DNA of 40,000 nucleotides, from the NCBI GenBank assembly GCA_963830135.1, contig CAWHKY010000002.1:1056872-1096871 (forward strand). Direction: 5' to 3'. Positions 1-8,275 of the stretch are shown here, piece by piece. The stretch's first letter is position 1, and every line of letters begins with the position of its first letter. The position numbers and the translations under genes were made by a program. The DNA comes from an uncultured Solirubrobacterales bacterium (lineage in GTDB: Bacteria; Actinomycetota; Thermoleophilia; Solirubrobacterales; 70-9). The notes below the pieces were generated by a model that did not search any database, was not told the DNA's origin, and was given only the letters and a program-made list of their open reading frames with translations.

Positions 1-783
1 GCCGCTGCTCAGCCAGTGATGGTTTTCGACCGCGGCTTCGCGCAGGAAGGGGATCACCGTGTAGGCGCCGCCGAAGGTCAGCAGGCCCGCCTTCAACCCC
101 TCGAAGAAGATCGTCGCGGTGAGCGAGACGGTGATCGTCCCGGCCGCGAAGACGACCAGCGCCGGCAGGCCGATCGCCACCGAGTTGGCCCGCCGGGTCC
201 AGCGCCTGCCGTTGACCCAGAGCTCGTAGGCGATGCCGCCGCCGAGCAGGACGGCGACGAAGGTGATCCCCAGCCAGAGGGTGAGGGCGAAGCCGACGAG
301 GGCGATCGCCGCCAGCGGCAGGTCGCTGATGAACGATTTGCCGAGCCGCACCAGGGCGCGGGCGACCAGCGCGCCGACCGCCGCCGTCAGCCCGTAGAAG
401 AGGCCGTGCAGGTGCCCCGCCAGGTTGGCCTCGACGTAGAGGACCGAGAGGCCGAGCATGAGGACGAAGCCCGGCAGCATGAAACCGAGCCCGGCGAGGA
501 AGCCACCGAACTTGCCACCACGCACGCGCCCGAAGTAGACGCAGAGCTCGTGCGCCTCGGGACCTGGCAGCGCCTGGTAGACGGCAAGGAGCTTCTTGAA
601 GGTCGCGTCGGTGATCCAGCCTTCCTCGTCGACGCACTCGCGCTTGATCATCGCGATCTGCGCCGCCGGCCCGCCCCAGGCGAGGCAGCCGAACTTGAGG
701 AAGCGGATGAAGATCTCGCCAGGCGCATCCTCCCCCGCGGGGGAAGGGATCGGCTCGAGGGCGCTGGCGTCGGTCGCGGCCAT
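1..783 (-). CDS. chrA: chromate transporter (CHR family), C-terminal part cut off by the window edge
   Basis: Not in the ORF track because it runs off the left edge. My translation of the minus strand from the ATG at 783 gives MAATDASALEPIPSPAGEDAPGEIFIRFLKFGCLAWGGPAAQIAMIKRECVDEEGWITDATFKKLLAVYQALPGPEAHELCVYFG..., a typical ChrA N-terminus, followed by hydrophobic helices. The listed 16..807 + ORF is its antisense shadow. Confidence 0.8.
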   Translation of the reverse strand, partial: MAATDASALEPIPSPAGEDAPGEIFIRFLKFGCLAWGGPAAQIAMIKRECVDEEGWITDATFKKLLAVYQALPGPEAHELCVYFGRVRGGKFGGFLAGLGFMLPGFVLMLGLSVLYVEANLAGHLHGLFYGLTAAVGALVARALVRLGKSFISDLPLAAIALVGFALTLWLGITFVAVLLGGGIAYELWVNGRRWTRRANSVAIGLPALVVFAAGTITVSLTATIFFEGLKAGLLTFGGAYTVIPFLREAAVENHHWLSSG

Positions 784-803
784 GGTCGGAGCGCCGCAGG
801 GTA

Positions 804-1496
804 CTAATGGGAATGCGAGTGAATGTGACCATCGCGGACCGTCTTCCACGACTGCCATGTGATCCGCATGATCAGGGCGCTGATGCCGAGGCCGATCAGC
901 GGGTCGGCGAGGGCGAGGCCGAAGGAGACCGCCAGGGCGCTGGCGATCACAGCGAGGCTGACGTAGGCGTCGGCTTTGGCGTGGTTGCCGTCGGCGATCA
1001 GTGCCGGGCTGTCGAGCGCCCGACCGGCGGCGAGCCGGATCAGCGCCGCCAGCCAGTTGCCGGCGAAGCCGATGACGCCGGCGGCGACGAGCATGCCGAG
1101 ATGACTGACCTGCTCGGGGTGGATCAGCCGCCGCACCGCCTCCACCCCGGCAACCGCGGCGGAGACGAAGATCGCGAAGACGACGAAGTAGCCGGCGTAG
1201 CGCTCGGCTCGCTCGGAGCGCATCAGGAAGGCGGCGCCGAGCGGGATCGCCGTCGCGGCGTCGCCGAAGTTGTGGATCAGGTCGGCAAGCAGCGCGATCG
1301 AGCCGGTGCTGGCGAAGATCGCCGCCTGGGCCAGCGCCGTCAGCCCGAGCACGAAGAAGGAGAGGACGACGGCGCGAACCCCCGCCCGCGAGCGTTTGAT
1401 CGAGGGGTCGACGAGGCCGTGCGTGTGACCGTGCTCGCCGTGGTGGTGGTGATCGCTTCCAGTGGCGTCCGACATGGACTCCGCATCATCCATCAA
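804..1496 (-). CDS. cation diffusion facilitator (CDF) family metal efflux transporter, short form
   Basis: 230 aa. It has an N-terminal His-rich stretch (DHHHHGEHGHTH), six hydrophobic segments, CDF-like motifs (LLADLIHNFGDA, ADGNHAKADAYVS) and a C-terminal HIHSHSH tail. It lies 20 nt upstream of chrA on the same strand. Confidence 0.8.
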   Translation of the reverse strand: MMDDAESMSDATGSDHHHHGEHGHTHGLVDPSIKRSRAGVRAVVLSFFVLGLTALAQAAIFASTGSIALLADLIHNFGDAATAIPLGAAFLMRSERAERYAGYFVVFAIFVSAAVAGVEAVRRLIHPEQVSHLGMLVAAGVIGFAGNWLAALIRLAAGRALDSPALIADGNHAKADAYVSLAVIASALAVSFGLALADPLIGLGISALIMRITWQSWKTVRDGHIHSHSH

Positions 1497-1546
1497 CAGC
1501 TCGACCTTAGGGCGCGCTTAGAAACGATCGCCATGATCTGCGGCCC

Positions 1547-3538
1547 TTGTTCCGAGTTGATCGCCACGAGCTCGGTCCGCGGCTGTACGTGCTCGGATGC
1601 AGGATTCACGAGTGCCACCTCGGGCTCGGTCTCCTCGCCGCCGCCGCGCTCGCCCTGATCTCAGAAGTGTCACTGCCGACGCCGCTGGCGCTGATCGTCG
1701 TGGCGCTCGGGGCCTGGCTCGTCTGGAAGGACTGGCGTGACCTGTTTCCGCAGCTGCGCGACACCGCCGCGTGGAGCGCCGGGATGCACCGCGTGCCGAC
1801 CCCGTTCCGGGACCGCGCACGCGCGCACGGCCTCGCTCCCCTCGCCGGCGCCTGTACCGTCGCGATGGGTGTCGTCAACGTCGGCTCGGCGCTCACCCCG
1901 GACGAACACTCCCGCGTCCACCTGCTGCTCGAACTGGTGCCGCGGGAGATCCCGGTCGCGGCCCACGCACTGGCGCTCACCGCGGGGGTCTCGCTGGTGA
2001 TCCTCGGCCTCTACCTGATGCGGCGCCGACGGCGCGCCTGGGCTCTGGCCGTGACGGTACTCGTGGTCGCCGGAGCCCTCAACCTCCTCAAGGGACTGGA
2101 CGTCGAGGAGGCGCTCGCGAGCTGGGCCCTGGCCGCGCTGCTGATCTGGGGCCGCAAGGCGTTCTGCGTGCGGCATGAGGAGGGCGAGCGGCGCGGTCCC
2201 CTCCTGCTCGGCGCCTGCCTGCTCGGCGGTGCGATCCTGACCAGCGCCGTCGCCCTGATCGCCGCCGCCCACTGGGGCACGCCGCGCCTCACGCCGAGCC
2301 GGGGAATCGCCGAGCTCACCGCGTCGCTGACGCTGGCGCCGGCGCCGATTCACTACCGCGATCCCTTCGAGTGGCTACCGGGAGCCCTGGACGTCCTCTG
2401 GCTCGGCGCCGGGCTCGTCGTCTCCTGGCTGCTCTTCCGACCGCTTGCGGCGCCGCGTGGCCTGCCGCCGGCTGAGCTTCGGCCGCTGGCGCGGGAGATG
2501 GTCGAGCGCCACGGCAGCGACACGCTCAGCTCCTTCAAGCTGCGCCCCGACAAGCATCACTTCTTCGACCGCTCCCGACGCGCTTTCGTCGGCTACCGGA
2601 TCGAGGCCGGAGTCCTGCTCGTCTCCGGCGATCCGATCGGGCCGGCCGACGCGCTGCCCGGTCTGCTGAGGGAGTTGTGCGCCTTCGCCGAGGTCCGGGG
2701 GCTGGCGATCGGCGTCGTCGGCGCGAGCGAGGAGTTCGCCGCCCTGGCGGCCAGCGCCGGCCTTCGCTCCTTCTACATCGGTGACGAGGCGATCGTCGAT
2801 CTCGCCGCCTTCTCGCTCGAGGGACGATCGATCCGCAAGGTGCGCCAGGCCGTGAACCGTGCCCGCAAGGCCGGCTTCAACGCCGCGGTGAGCCGCCTGG
2901 CCGACCTCTCCGACGACGAGCTGGGCGAGCTTGAAGAGCTCTCCGCCCGCTGGCGCGGCAACGAGCCCGAGCGCGGCTTCTCGATGGCGATCGACAGCCT
3001 GCGGGGCGAGCATCCCGCCGAGAGCCTGGTGGTCGTCGCCCGCGACGCCGACGGGGCCGCGCGGGGCTTTCTCTACTTCGCCCCCTGCTTCGGGCGACCG
3101 GCGATGTCGCTGGGCCTGATGCGTCGCGACCGCGACAGCGTCAACGGGCTCACCGAGTACCTCGTGGTCAGCTCGATCGAGATGCTGCGCGATCGCGGAG
3201 TCGAGGAGATCTCCCTCAACTTCGCCGCCTTCGCACGCCTGCTCAGGAGCCCGAGCGGACTCTGGGAGCGGACCCTCGGCAGGATCGTCACCCTCGCCAA
3301 CCCGTTCTTCCAGATCGAGAGCCTCTATCGCTTCAACGCCAAGTTCTCGCCCCGCTGGCAGCCGCGCTACCTGCTCTTCGAGCGCCGCCCGCTCGGCTTC
3401 GCGCGCACCGGCCTGGCGGCGATGTGGGCCGAGGGCCAGCTGCCATCGCCGCTCTCGCGGACGACACGCCGGCCCGCCCGCCCGAGATCCGCGCCGGCAG
3501 GAGCGTCTGGTGAAGCTGTCTGCGATCGACCTGGGTGA
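1547..3538 (+). CDS. aminoacyl-phosphatidylglycerol synthase (MprF/LysX C-terminal DUF2156 domain) with N-terminal polytopic membrane domain
   Basis: 663 aa. The N-terminal half is hydrophobic. The C-terminal half (FKLRPDKHHFFDRSRRAFVGYRIEAGVLLVSGDPIGP ... YRFNAKFSPRWQPRYLLFE) matches my recollection of the lysyl/alanyl-PG synthase domain. The start (TTG 1547) is uncertain. Confidence 0.7.
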   Translation: MFRVDRHELGPRLYVLGCRIHECHLGLGLLAAAALALISEVSLPTPLALIVVALGAWLVWKDWRDLFPQLRDTAAWSAGMHRVPTPFRDRARAHGLAPLAGACTVAMGVVNVGSALTPDEHSRVHLLLELVPREIPVAAHALALTAGVSLVILGLYLMRRRRRAWALAVTVLVVAGALNLLKGLDVEEALASWALAALLIWGRKAFCVRHEEGERRGPLLLGACLLGGAILTSAVALIAAAHWGTPRLTPSRGIAELTASLTLAPAPIHYRDPFEWLPGALDVLWLGAGLVVSWLLFRPLAAPRGLPPAELRPLAREMVERHGSDTLSSFKLRPDKHHFFDRSRRAFVGYRIEAGVLLVSGDPIGPADALPGLLRELCAFAEVRGLAIGVVGASEEFAALAASAGLRSFYIGDEAIVDLAAFSLEGRSIRKVRQAVNRARKAGFNAAVSRLADLSDDELGELEELSARWRGNEPERGFSMAIDSLRGEHPAESLVVVARDADGAARGFLYFAPCFGRPAMSLGLMRRDRDSVNGLTEYLVVSSIEMLRDRGVEEISLNFAAFARLLRSPSGLWERTLGRIVTLANPFFQIESLYRFNAKFSPRWQPRYLLFERRPLGFARTGLAAMWAEGQLPSPLSRTTRRPARPRSAPAGASGEAVCDRPG

Positions 3539-4292
3539 CGGGCCGCCCACCGTGCTCCTGCACGGCCAGCCCGGCAGCGCCCGGGACTGGGACCCGGTAA
3601 CGATCCGCCTGCGCGAGCGGTTACGAGTGATCGCGCCCGACCGCCCCGGGTACGGCCGCTCCGGCGGCGCGGCGGCGGGATTTCGGGGCAACGCGGAGGC
3701 GGTGGTGGCGCTGCTGGACCGGCTTGACGTCGAGTCGGCCGTCGTGGTCGGCCACAGTTGGGCCACCGGAGTCGCGCTGGCCATGGCGATCGGCTTCCCG
3801 CGGCGGGTCCGAGCTCTCGTCCTCGCCGCGCCGGTCGCTCCGGGGCTTGCGCCCGGCGCCGTCGACCGCCTTCTCGCGCACCCCCTGCTCGGACCCCCGG
3901 CCGTGCGGCTCGGGTTCGGACTCGCCGGGGCGGGCCTGGCGATTCCGCCGCTGCGCAGGTTGGCCCATGCCGCGGTCCCGGACCTGTCGTCGGGCCAGAT
4001 CGCGACCACCATCGCCCGGTGGCGGTCTGACTCGGTCTGGCGGAGCTTCTACGCCGAGCAGCACGCCCTCGTCACCGAGCTCCCCACCCTCGCGCCGCAA
4101 CTCGGCTCGGTGAGCCAGCCGACGACCGTTCTGTACGGAACCCGCGACCGGATCTCCCCGCCCGCCCATGCCCGCAGCCTGGCCCGCGCCCTGCCCCACG
4201 TCCAGGTCACGGCGGCCCCGAACGCCGGCCACATGCTGCCCCAGCAACGCCCGGATCTCGTCGCCGAAGCGATCGTCCACGCGACGGCATAG
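3510..4292 (+). CDS. alpha/beta-fold hydrolase
   Basis: 260 aa with LLHGQPGSARDW (oxyanion region), a GHSWA nucleophile elbow and a C-terminal GHM histidine motif. It overlaps the stop of the preceding synthase gene by 29 nt. Confidence 0.8.
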   Translation: MKLSAIDLGDGPPTVLLHGQPGSARDWDPVTIRLRERLRVIAPDRPGYGRSGGAAAGFRGNAEAVVALLDRLDVESAVVVGHSWATGVALAMAIGFPRRVRALVLAAPVAPGLAPGAVDRLLAHPLLGPPAVRLGFGLAGAGLAIPPLRRLAHAAVPDLSSGQIATTIARWRSDSVWRSFYAEQHALVTELPTLAPQLGSVSQPTTVLYGTRDRISPPAHARSLARALPHVQVTAAPNAGHMLPQQRPDLVAEAIVHATA

Positions 4293-4351
4293 GTACGGCG
4301 CCGGTTCATTCTCGGTCGATCCGGACCGGAGCCCAGGACTAGGATGGGTCG

Positions 4352-5488
4352 ATGCGAATCCGTCGCTCACTCGCCTGCGCCGCGATGGCCCTCGCGGCCT
4401 GGGCCGGGGTCAGCGCGACCGGCGCGTCGGCGGCAACCGGCACGGCTGCTGTGCAGCGCGGCCTCGAACGGCTGGTCGCGGCCCCGGGTGGCCCGCCGGG
4501 GGCGATCGCGACGATCTACCGCGGCGGCAAGCTGACCGTGCTGCGAGCCGGGCGGGCCGACGTCAGGCGCGGGCGAGCGCCGCGAGCGAGCGATCACATG
4601 CGGATCGCCAGCATCGCCAAGGCCTTCAGCGGCGCCGTCGCGCTCAACCTCGTCCGCGCCGGCAAGCTCGGCCTCGACGACACGATCGGACAGCGGCTGA
4701 CCGGGATGCCGGCGGCCTGGGCGGCGGTGACGGTGCGGCAGATGCTCGACCACACCAGCGGCCTGCCCGACTACACCAAGTCCGAAGCCTTCGCCGCGCA
4801 GGCAAAAAACGACCCGCGCGGCTTCGTCTCCCCGCAGGGCATCATCGACTGGGTCCGCGCCGACCCGCTCGAGTTCGCCCCCGGCTCCAGGTACGAGTAC
4901 TCGAACACCGACAACATCGTCGTCGGGCTGATCGTCGAAGCGGTCACCGGCCAGACCTACGGCACGGCACTGAGGAAGATCGTCTTCGGCCCGGCGCGGC
5001 TGCGCCAGACTTCGTTCCCGACCAAGGTCGCCCTGCCGAATCCCTTCATCCACGGCTACCTGACCGCGCCGGGCGAGAAGCCCGAGGACGTCTCCACCTT
5101 CCTCAGCCCCAGCGGCGCCTGGGCCTCCGGCGCGATCGTCTCGACCCCGCGGGACCTCAACGCCTTCATCCGCGCCGACCTCGGGCTGAAGTTCTTCTCC
5201 CGCGCCCAGCAGCGCCAGCAGATGCGCTTCGTCCCCGGCGGCAAATCGAGCCCACCCGGCCCCGGCAAGAACTCCGCCGGCCTGGCGCTCTTCCGCTACC
5301 AGACCAGGTGCGGCAGGGTCTACGGCCACACCGGCAACTTCCCCGGCTACGTCCAGTGGGCCGCCGCGAGCGCCGACGGCAGGCGCGCCGTGACGACCTC
5401 GCTCAACATCCCGGCGCCGAGCGGCAAGCTCCTCACGCGGCTGCGCGGCGTGCAGGCGACCGCCGTCTGCGCCCTGCTGGGCAAGTAA
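4352..5488 (+). CDS. secreted serine hydrolase, beta-lactamase/DD-peptidase (class C-like) family
   Basis: 378 aa with a signal peptide (MRIRRSLACAAMALAAWAGVSA), an SxxK motif (SIAK), a YxN motif (YSN) and HTG near the C-terminus. Confidence 0.85.
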   Translation: MRIRRSLACAAMALAAWAGVSATGASAATGTAAVQRGLERLVAAPGGPPGAIATIYRGGKLTVLRAGRADVRRGRAPRASDHMRIASIAKAFSGAVALNLVRAGKLGLDDTIGQRLTGMPAAWAAVTVRQMLDHTSGLPDYTKSEAFAAQAKNDPRGFVSPQGIIDWVRADPLEFAPGSRYEYSNTDNIVVGLIVEAVTGQTYGTALRKIVFGPARLRQTSFPTKVALPNPFIHGYLTAPGEKPEDVSTFLSPSGAWASGAIVSTPRDLNAFIRADLGLKFFSRAQQRQQMRFVPGGKSSPPGPGKNSAGLALFRYQTRCGRVYGHTGNFPGYVQWAAASADGRRAVTTSLNIPAPSGKLLTRLRGVQATAVCALLGK

Positions 5489-5537
5489 TAGAACTGCCCA
5501 ATCCGGCTGCCGGGTAGGGCCAAAGAGCGCTGAGCGA

Positions 5538-5553
5538 ATCAGATTTCTCTGAT
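5538..5553. promoter_or_regulatory. 6-4-6 inverted repeat ATCAGA-tttc-TCTGAT just upstream of the antitoxin gene, a candidate TA operator
   Basis: Read directly from the sequence. It sits in an AT-rich patch 12 nt upstream of the likely ATG (5566). Confidence 0.3.
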
Positions 5554-5556
5554 ATC

Positions 5557-5826
5557 TTGGAATTCATGACTCGCTTGACCGCCACGGAGGTCGCCAGGAA
5601 GTTCTCGCAGGTCGTCAACAGGGTGGGCGCCGGCGAGGAAGTGGAGGTCGTTCGCAACGGCGTCCCGGTCGTGCAGATGCGCCCTGCCCGGAGTCACCAG
5701 ATCATTTCCGCGTCACGCTGGCGCGAGCTGATGGACAGGGCACCGGCGGTTGACGACGACTTCGAGGCTGACGTCAAAGCCGGCCGCGAGGCCATCGGCC
5801 CGCCGAGCGCGGCTTGGCCGTCCTGA
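5557..5826 (+). CDS. type II antitoxin (Phd/YefM-like) paired with a PIN toxin
   Basis: The 89-aa ORF (the likely true start is ATG 5566, MTRLTATEVARKFSQVVNRV...) overlaps the downstream PIN gene by 13 nt, a classic TA layout. Confidence 0.7.
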   Translation: MEFMTRLTATEVARKFSQVVNRVGAGEEVEVVRNGVPVVQMRPARSHQIISASRWRELMDRAPAVDDDFEADVKAGREAIGPPSAAWPS

Positions 5827-6206
5827 TCGACACGTCGGTACTGGTCAACGCGGAGCGGCGTGGCCGGTTCCTTGAGGGCGTCCTCGGCGAGCGGGATCGC
5901 GCAATCAGCGTGATCACGGCCAGCGAGTTGCTGCACGGCGTTCACCGCGCCAAGGACGATCGCATTCGCGCCCGGCGACAGGCCTTCGTCGAGTACCTGA
6001 TCTCCTCGATCGAGCCGTTGCCGATCACCACTCCGGTGGCCCGGGCGCACGCCGAAATCTGGGCCCGGCTGGAGCAGCACGGTGAAGGGATCGGCGCGCA
6101 CGACATGTGGATCGCGGCGACCGCCGTAAGTCATGGCATGGAGATCGCGACCGCCAACGCCGTCGAGTTCGAACGAGTCCCGGGCCTCGCCGTCCTGGCG
6201 CTCTGA
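5814..6206 (+). CDS. vapC: PIN-domain ribonuclease toxin (VapC family)
   Basis: 130 aa. MAVLIDTSVLV carries the first acidic residue and more conserved acidic positions follow (ITASELLHGV..., HDMWIAATA). The start is TTG. Confidence 0.85.
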   Translation: MAVLIDTSVLVNAERRGRFLEGVLGERDRAISVITASELLHGVHRAKDDRIRARRQAFVEYLISSIEPLPITTPVARAHAEIWARLEQHGEGIGAHDMWIAATAVSHGMEIATANAVEFERVPGLAVLAL

Positions 6207-6229
6207 CCGACGATGCCCTGCTGACCATC

Positions 6230-6466
6230 GAACCTTGAGGGTTGACGAAGTTGACTGTCGAGACTGCGCCCGCCCAAGAGCGCTGGCACTGCGGGTCACC
6301 GAACCGTTGCTCTACAGAACCTGCCCCCCGCTCCCGTACGCCGTCTGCTGATCAGGCGGCCGCGCCGGTGCTCATCGTCGCCGCGATCGAACGCGGCTAC
6401 CGCCATGTGCTCGGGTCAGAGCGGTTCGAGACCCTCTGCGAGCTTCTGGGCAAGATCCAAGAGTAG
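6230..6466 (+). pseudogene. possible remnant of a MarR-type regulator (two frames)
   Basis: The tail of ORF 6242..6466 (IVAAIERGYRHVLGSERFETLCELLGKIQE) resembles a MarR C-terminus. An upstream piece in another frame (RALALRVTEP) resembles the wing region. No intact HTH was found. Weak call. Confidence 0.2.
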
Positions 6467-6476
6467 GATCAGCGCC

Positions 6477-6764
6477 GTGCGAGTCGTCGTCAACCACCTG
6501 ACGTTCAAGGAGCCTCTACCTGACGAGGTGATCGACGGCGCCGAGGAGGTTTGTCAGCGGCTCATCGATGCCGGCGGGACGGCAGCCAGTCTCATCCAAG
6601 TCGACGCGACCCACGCGATCCTCGTTCTGACGTTTCCCGACTTGGAGACCGAGGAGCGGATCAAGGCCGAGATCGGCGGACCATGGATGAAGGAACAGGT
6701 CGTACCACTGCTCGCGGAGCCAACGGACCGAAGCTCCGGCGCGGTGGTCGCCGGCTCCCTGTGA
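6477..6764 (+). CDS. small alpha+beta (ABM/Dabb-like) protein of unknown function
   Basis: The GTG at 6477 is preceded by AGTAGGA. The ~95-aa product VRVVVNHLTFKEPLPDEVIDGAEEV...ILVLTFPDLETEERIKAEIGGPW has third-position GC bias consistent with coding. Confidence 0.45.
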   Translation: MRVVVNHLTFKEPLPDEVIDGAEEVCQRLIDAGGTAASLIQVDATHAILVLTFPDLETEERIKAEIGGPWMKEQVVPLLAEPTDRSSGAVVAGSL

Positions 6765-6921
6765 ACCACTGGCTCCAAGTCGGGCCGCACCCCTACGGCC
6801 GGGACGGTTCGCGAACCCCCGACGCCGCTAGGGGAACACAAGACGACCAGGCGGCGCGGATCACGGCTCCGCCATTTTCCCTCGCTCGCTGCAAGGGTCG
6901 GTGAAACGCTCCCGAGGCGAC

Positions 6922-7317
6922 TTACTCGGCTGGGGTGCGGAGGTCCACAACCACGCATGAATGTTCGGCTGCCCGGTCGATGATCTCGGGGTCGCCCGTC
7001 CAGAGGGGCGCCTCTACCCGAAGGGCAGTCGCGACACAAAAGGCGTCGGCATACGAGAGACCGCCCTGGGCCTTGATCCTCGCCGCCTCCGATACGAGAG
7101 GCCAATCCGGGTCAACGACGTCAAGACGCTGACGAACCCGGTCAAGGTCGGCGGCTGCCGAGTCCTCCCCGTCGCCCCGTATGCGGATGTAGAGAACCTC
7201 GCCGAAGTTGATCGAGCAGATCGCCGCTCCCTCCTCGAGCCAGGCAGATTCGATGCGATCTGCCGAGTCCTCGTCCTTGAGATAAGCCAGCAGCGCCCAG
7301 CTATCGAGGACGATCAA
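6922..7317 (-). CDS. vapC: PIN-domain toxin (VapC family)
   Basis: LIVLDSWALLAYLKDE...SINFGEVLY...SYADAFCVATA...LWTGDPE is PIN-like. I trimmed the 172-aa track ORF to the TTG at 7317, which overlaps the antitoxin stop by 17 nt. Confidence 0.8.
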   Translation of the reverse strand: MIVLDSWALLAYLKDEDSADRIESAWLEEGAAICSINFGEVLYIRIRGDGEDSAAADLDRVRQRLDVVDPDWPLVSEAARIKAQGGLSYADAFCVATALRVEAPLWTGDPEIIDRAAEHSCVVVDLRTPAE

Positions 7318-7588
7318 CGCCCCACCTCTGGGCCTTGCGCTCCTCGGCGTCGCGTTCGCGCCGCCGCTCCTCCACCAGCTCCTCGGTGCCGCCACCGACC
7401 CCGGCCCAGATACCGCGCAGGGTGCGGATCTCGTCGGCACGGCGCTTGGGATCGTCGTTGACTCTCCGCATGCGGACCTCGGACCCGTTCGGCTCGAACG
7501 TCACCTCGTCGCCTGGCTTGATCCCGATCTCGTCGCGGATCGCTTTCGGGATCACAACTTGGCCTTTGATGCCGACCTTATGAGTCAT
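7301..7588 (-). CDS. vapB: AbrB/SpoVT (MazE-like) family antitoxin (VapB)
   Basis: The internal ATG at 7588 gives MTHKVGIKGQVVIPKAIRDEIGIKPGDEVTFEP..., a swapped-hairpin AbrB-type DNA-binding motif. It lies directly upstream of the PIN gene. Confidence 0.8.
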   Translation of the reverse strand: MTHKVGIKGQVVIPKAIRDEIGIKPGDEVTFEPNGSEVRMRRVNDDPKRRADEIRTLRGIWAGVGGGTEELVEERRRERDAEERKAQRWGVDRPR

Positions 7589-7728
7589 ACCGTCAGTATG
7601 ACACAGCTCAGTGGCGAGCGCGCGGGATTCCGGACAGATCTCGGGGCACGTCTGGCGGAATTGCTGGACCGGCCGCAAAAGCTCCGCTTGGTAACGACGG
7701 CAAGCCGAGCTACCCCGCCGCATTAGGC

Positions 7729-8088
7729 TTGAAACCGATGGCGCTGCCCCCCGAAGTACTTGACCCCGCGATATCGCTCATCGCGACCTACTGCGCGACG
7801 AAGGTGCCTGCCAAGCACGACGACAAGCTGCGAATCGAGTACAAGGTCCGCGGAAACACGATCACGATCTACGAGTGCCGCCCGCCGTGGCGGAAAGAGA
7901 TTGGCCCAGACTGGACCAGGATGCGGATCTGCACTTTCGAGTGGGACCCGACGACCCGTCTCTGGACGCTCTACGCACGCGACCGAAACGACCGTCGACT
8001 GGAGTACCCGTTCATCGAGCCCGCGCCCGACCTGGCGCCCCTGATCCGCGACCTCGACAATGATCCCACCTGCATCTTCTGGGGCTAG
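7729..8088 (+). CDS. DUF3024 domain protein
   Basis: 119 aa. ITIYECRPPWRKEIGPDWTRMRICTFEWDPTTRLWTLYARDRNDR...DNDPTCIFWG matches my memory of DUF3024 proteins. The start may be ATG 7738. Confidence 0.65.
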   Translation: MKPMALPPEVLDPAISLIATYCATKVPAKHDDKLRIEYKVRGNTITIYECRPPWRKEIGPDWTRMRICTFEWDPTTRLWTLYARDRNDRRLEYPFIEPAPDLAPLIRDLDNDPTCIFWG

Positions 8089-8110
8089 CATCGCGAGTGC
8101 CGAATTGCAG

Positions 8111-8183
8111 TACCGCTACGGGGATTCGAACCCCGGTTTCTGGCATGAGAAGCCAGCGTCCTAGTCCCCTAGACGATAGCGGC
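8111..8183 (-). tRNA. tRNA-Glu (anticodon CUC)
   Basis: The reverse complement GCCGCTATCGTCTAGGGGACTAGGACGCTGGCTTCTCATGCCAGAAACCGGGGTTCGAATCCCCGTAGCGGTA folds as a cloverleaf. The anticodon stem is CTGGC/GCCAG with loop TTCTCAT, the T-arm is GGGGTTCGAATCCCC, and no CCA is encoded. Confidence 0.85.
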
Positions 8184-8275
8184 AGGGAAGCGGCATTCTA
8201 GCGAGTGAGGGGATTGGCTTGCAGCGAGAGGGGAGCGCGGTCGCCGGGGGCTCAACCGGTAAATTGCCTCGTCCC

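Noticed and set aside
16-807. 263-aa plus-strand ORF at the left edge
   Set aside because: Its composition is Arg/Asp/Glu/Gly-rich and low-complexity. It lies exactly antisense to a clear ChrA reading frame, so it is a GC-driven shadow ORF.
2375-4012. 545-aa minus-strand ORF spanning the aaPGS and hydrolase genes
   Set aside because: It is antisense to two genes with clear family motifs. The product is Arg/Ala/Ser/Pro-rich with no recognisable domain.
4168-5517. 449-aa plus-strand ORF overlapping the serine hydrolase gene in another frame
   Set aside because: The translation is an Arg/Pro/Ala-rich repeat-like sequence. The alternative frame (4352..5488) carries the signal peptide and the SxxK/YxN/HxG motifs.
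6788-6835. tRNA-like fragments (CTACGG..GGTTCGCGAACCCCC..GCCGCTAGGGGA) resembling parts of the nearby tRNA-Glu, considered as an att-site remnant
   Set aside because: Matching the tRNA needs several indels within 45 nt. The fragment cannot fold as a T-arm, and in GC-rich DNA this level of similarity may be chance. No integrase is nearby. Only a genome-wide repeat search could rescue the idea.
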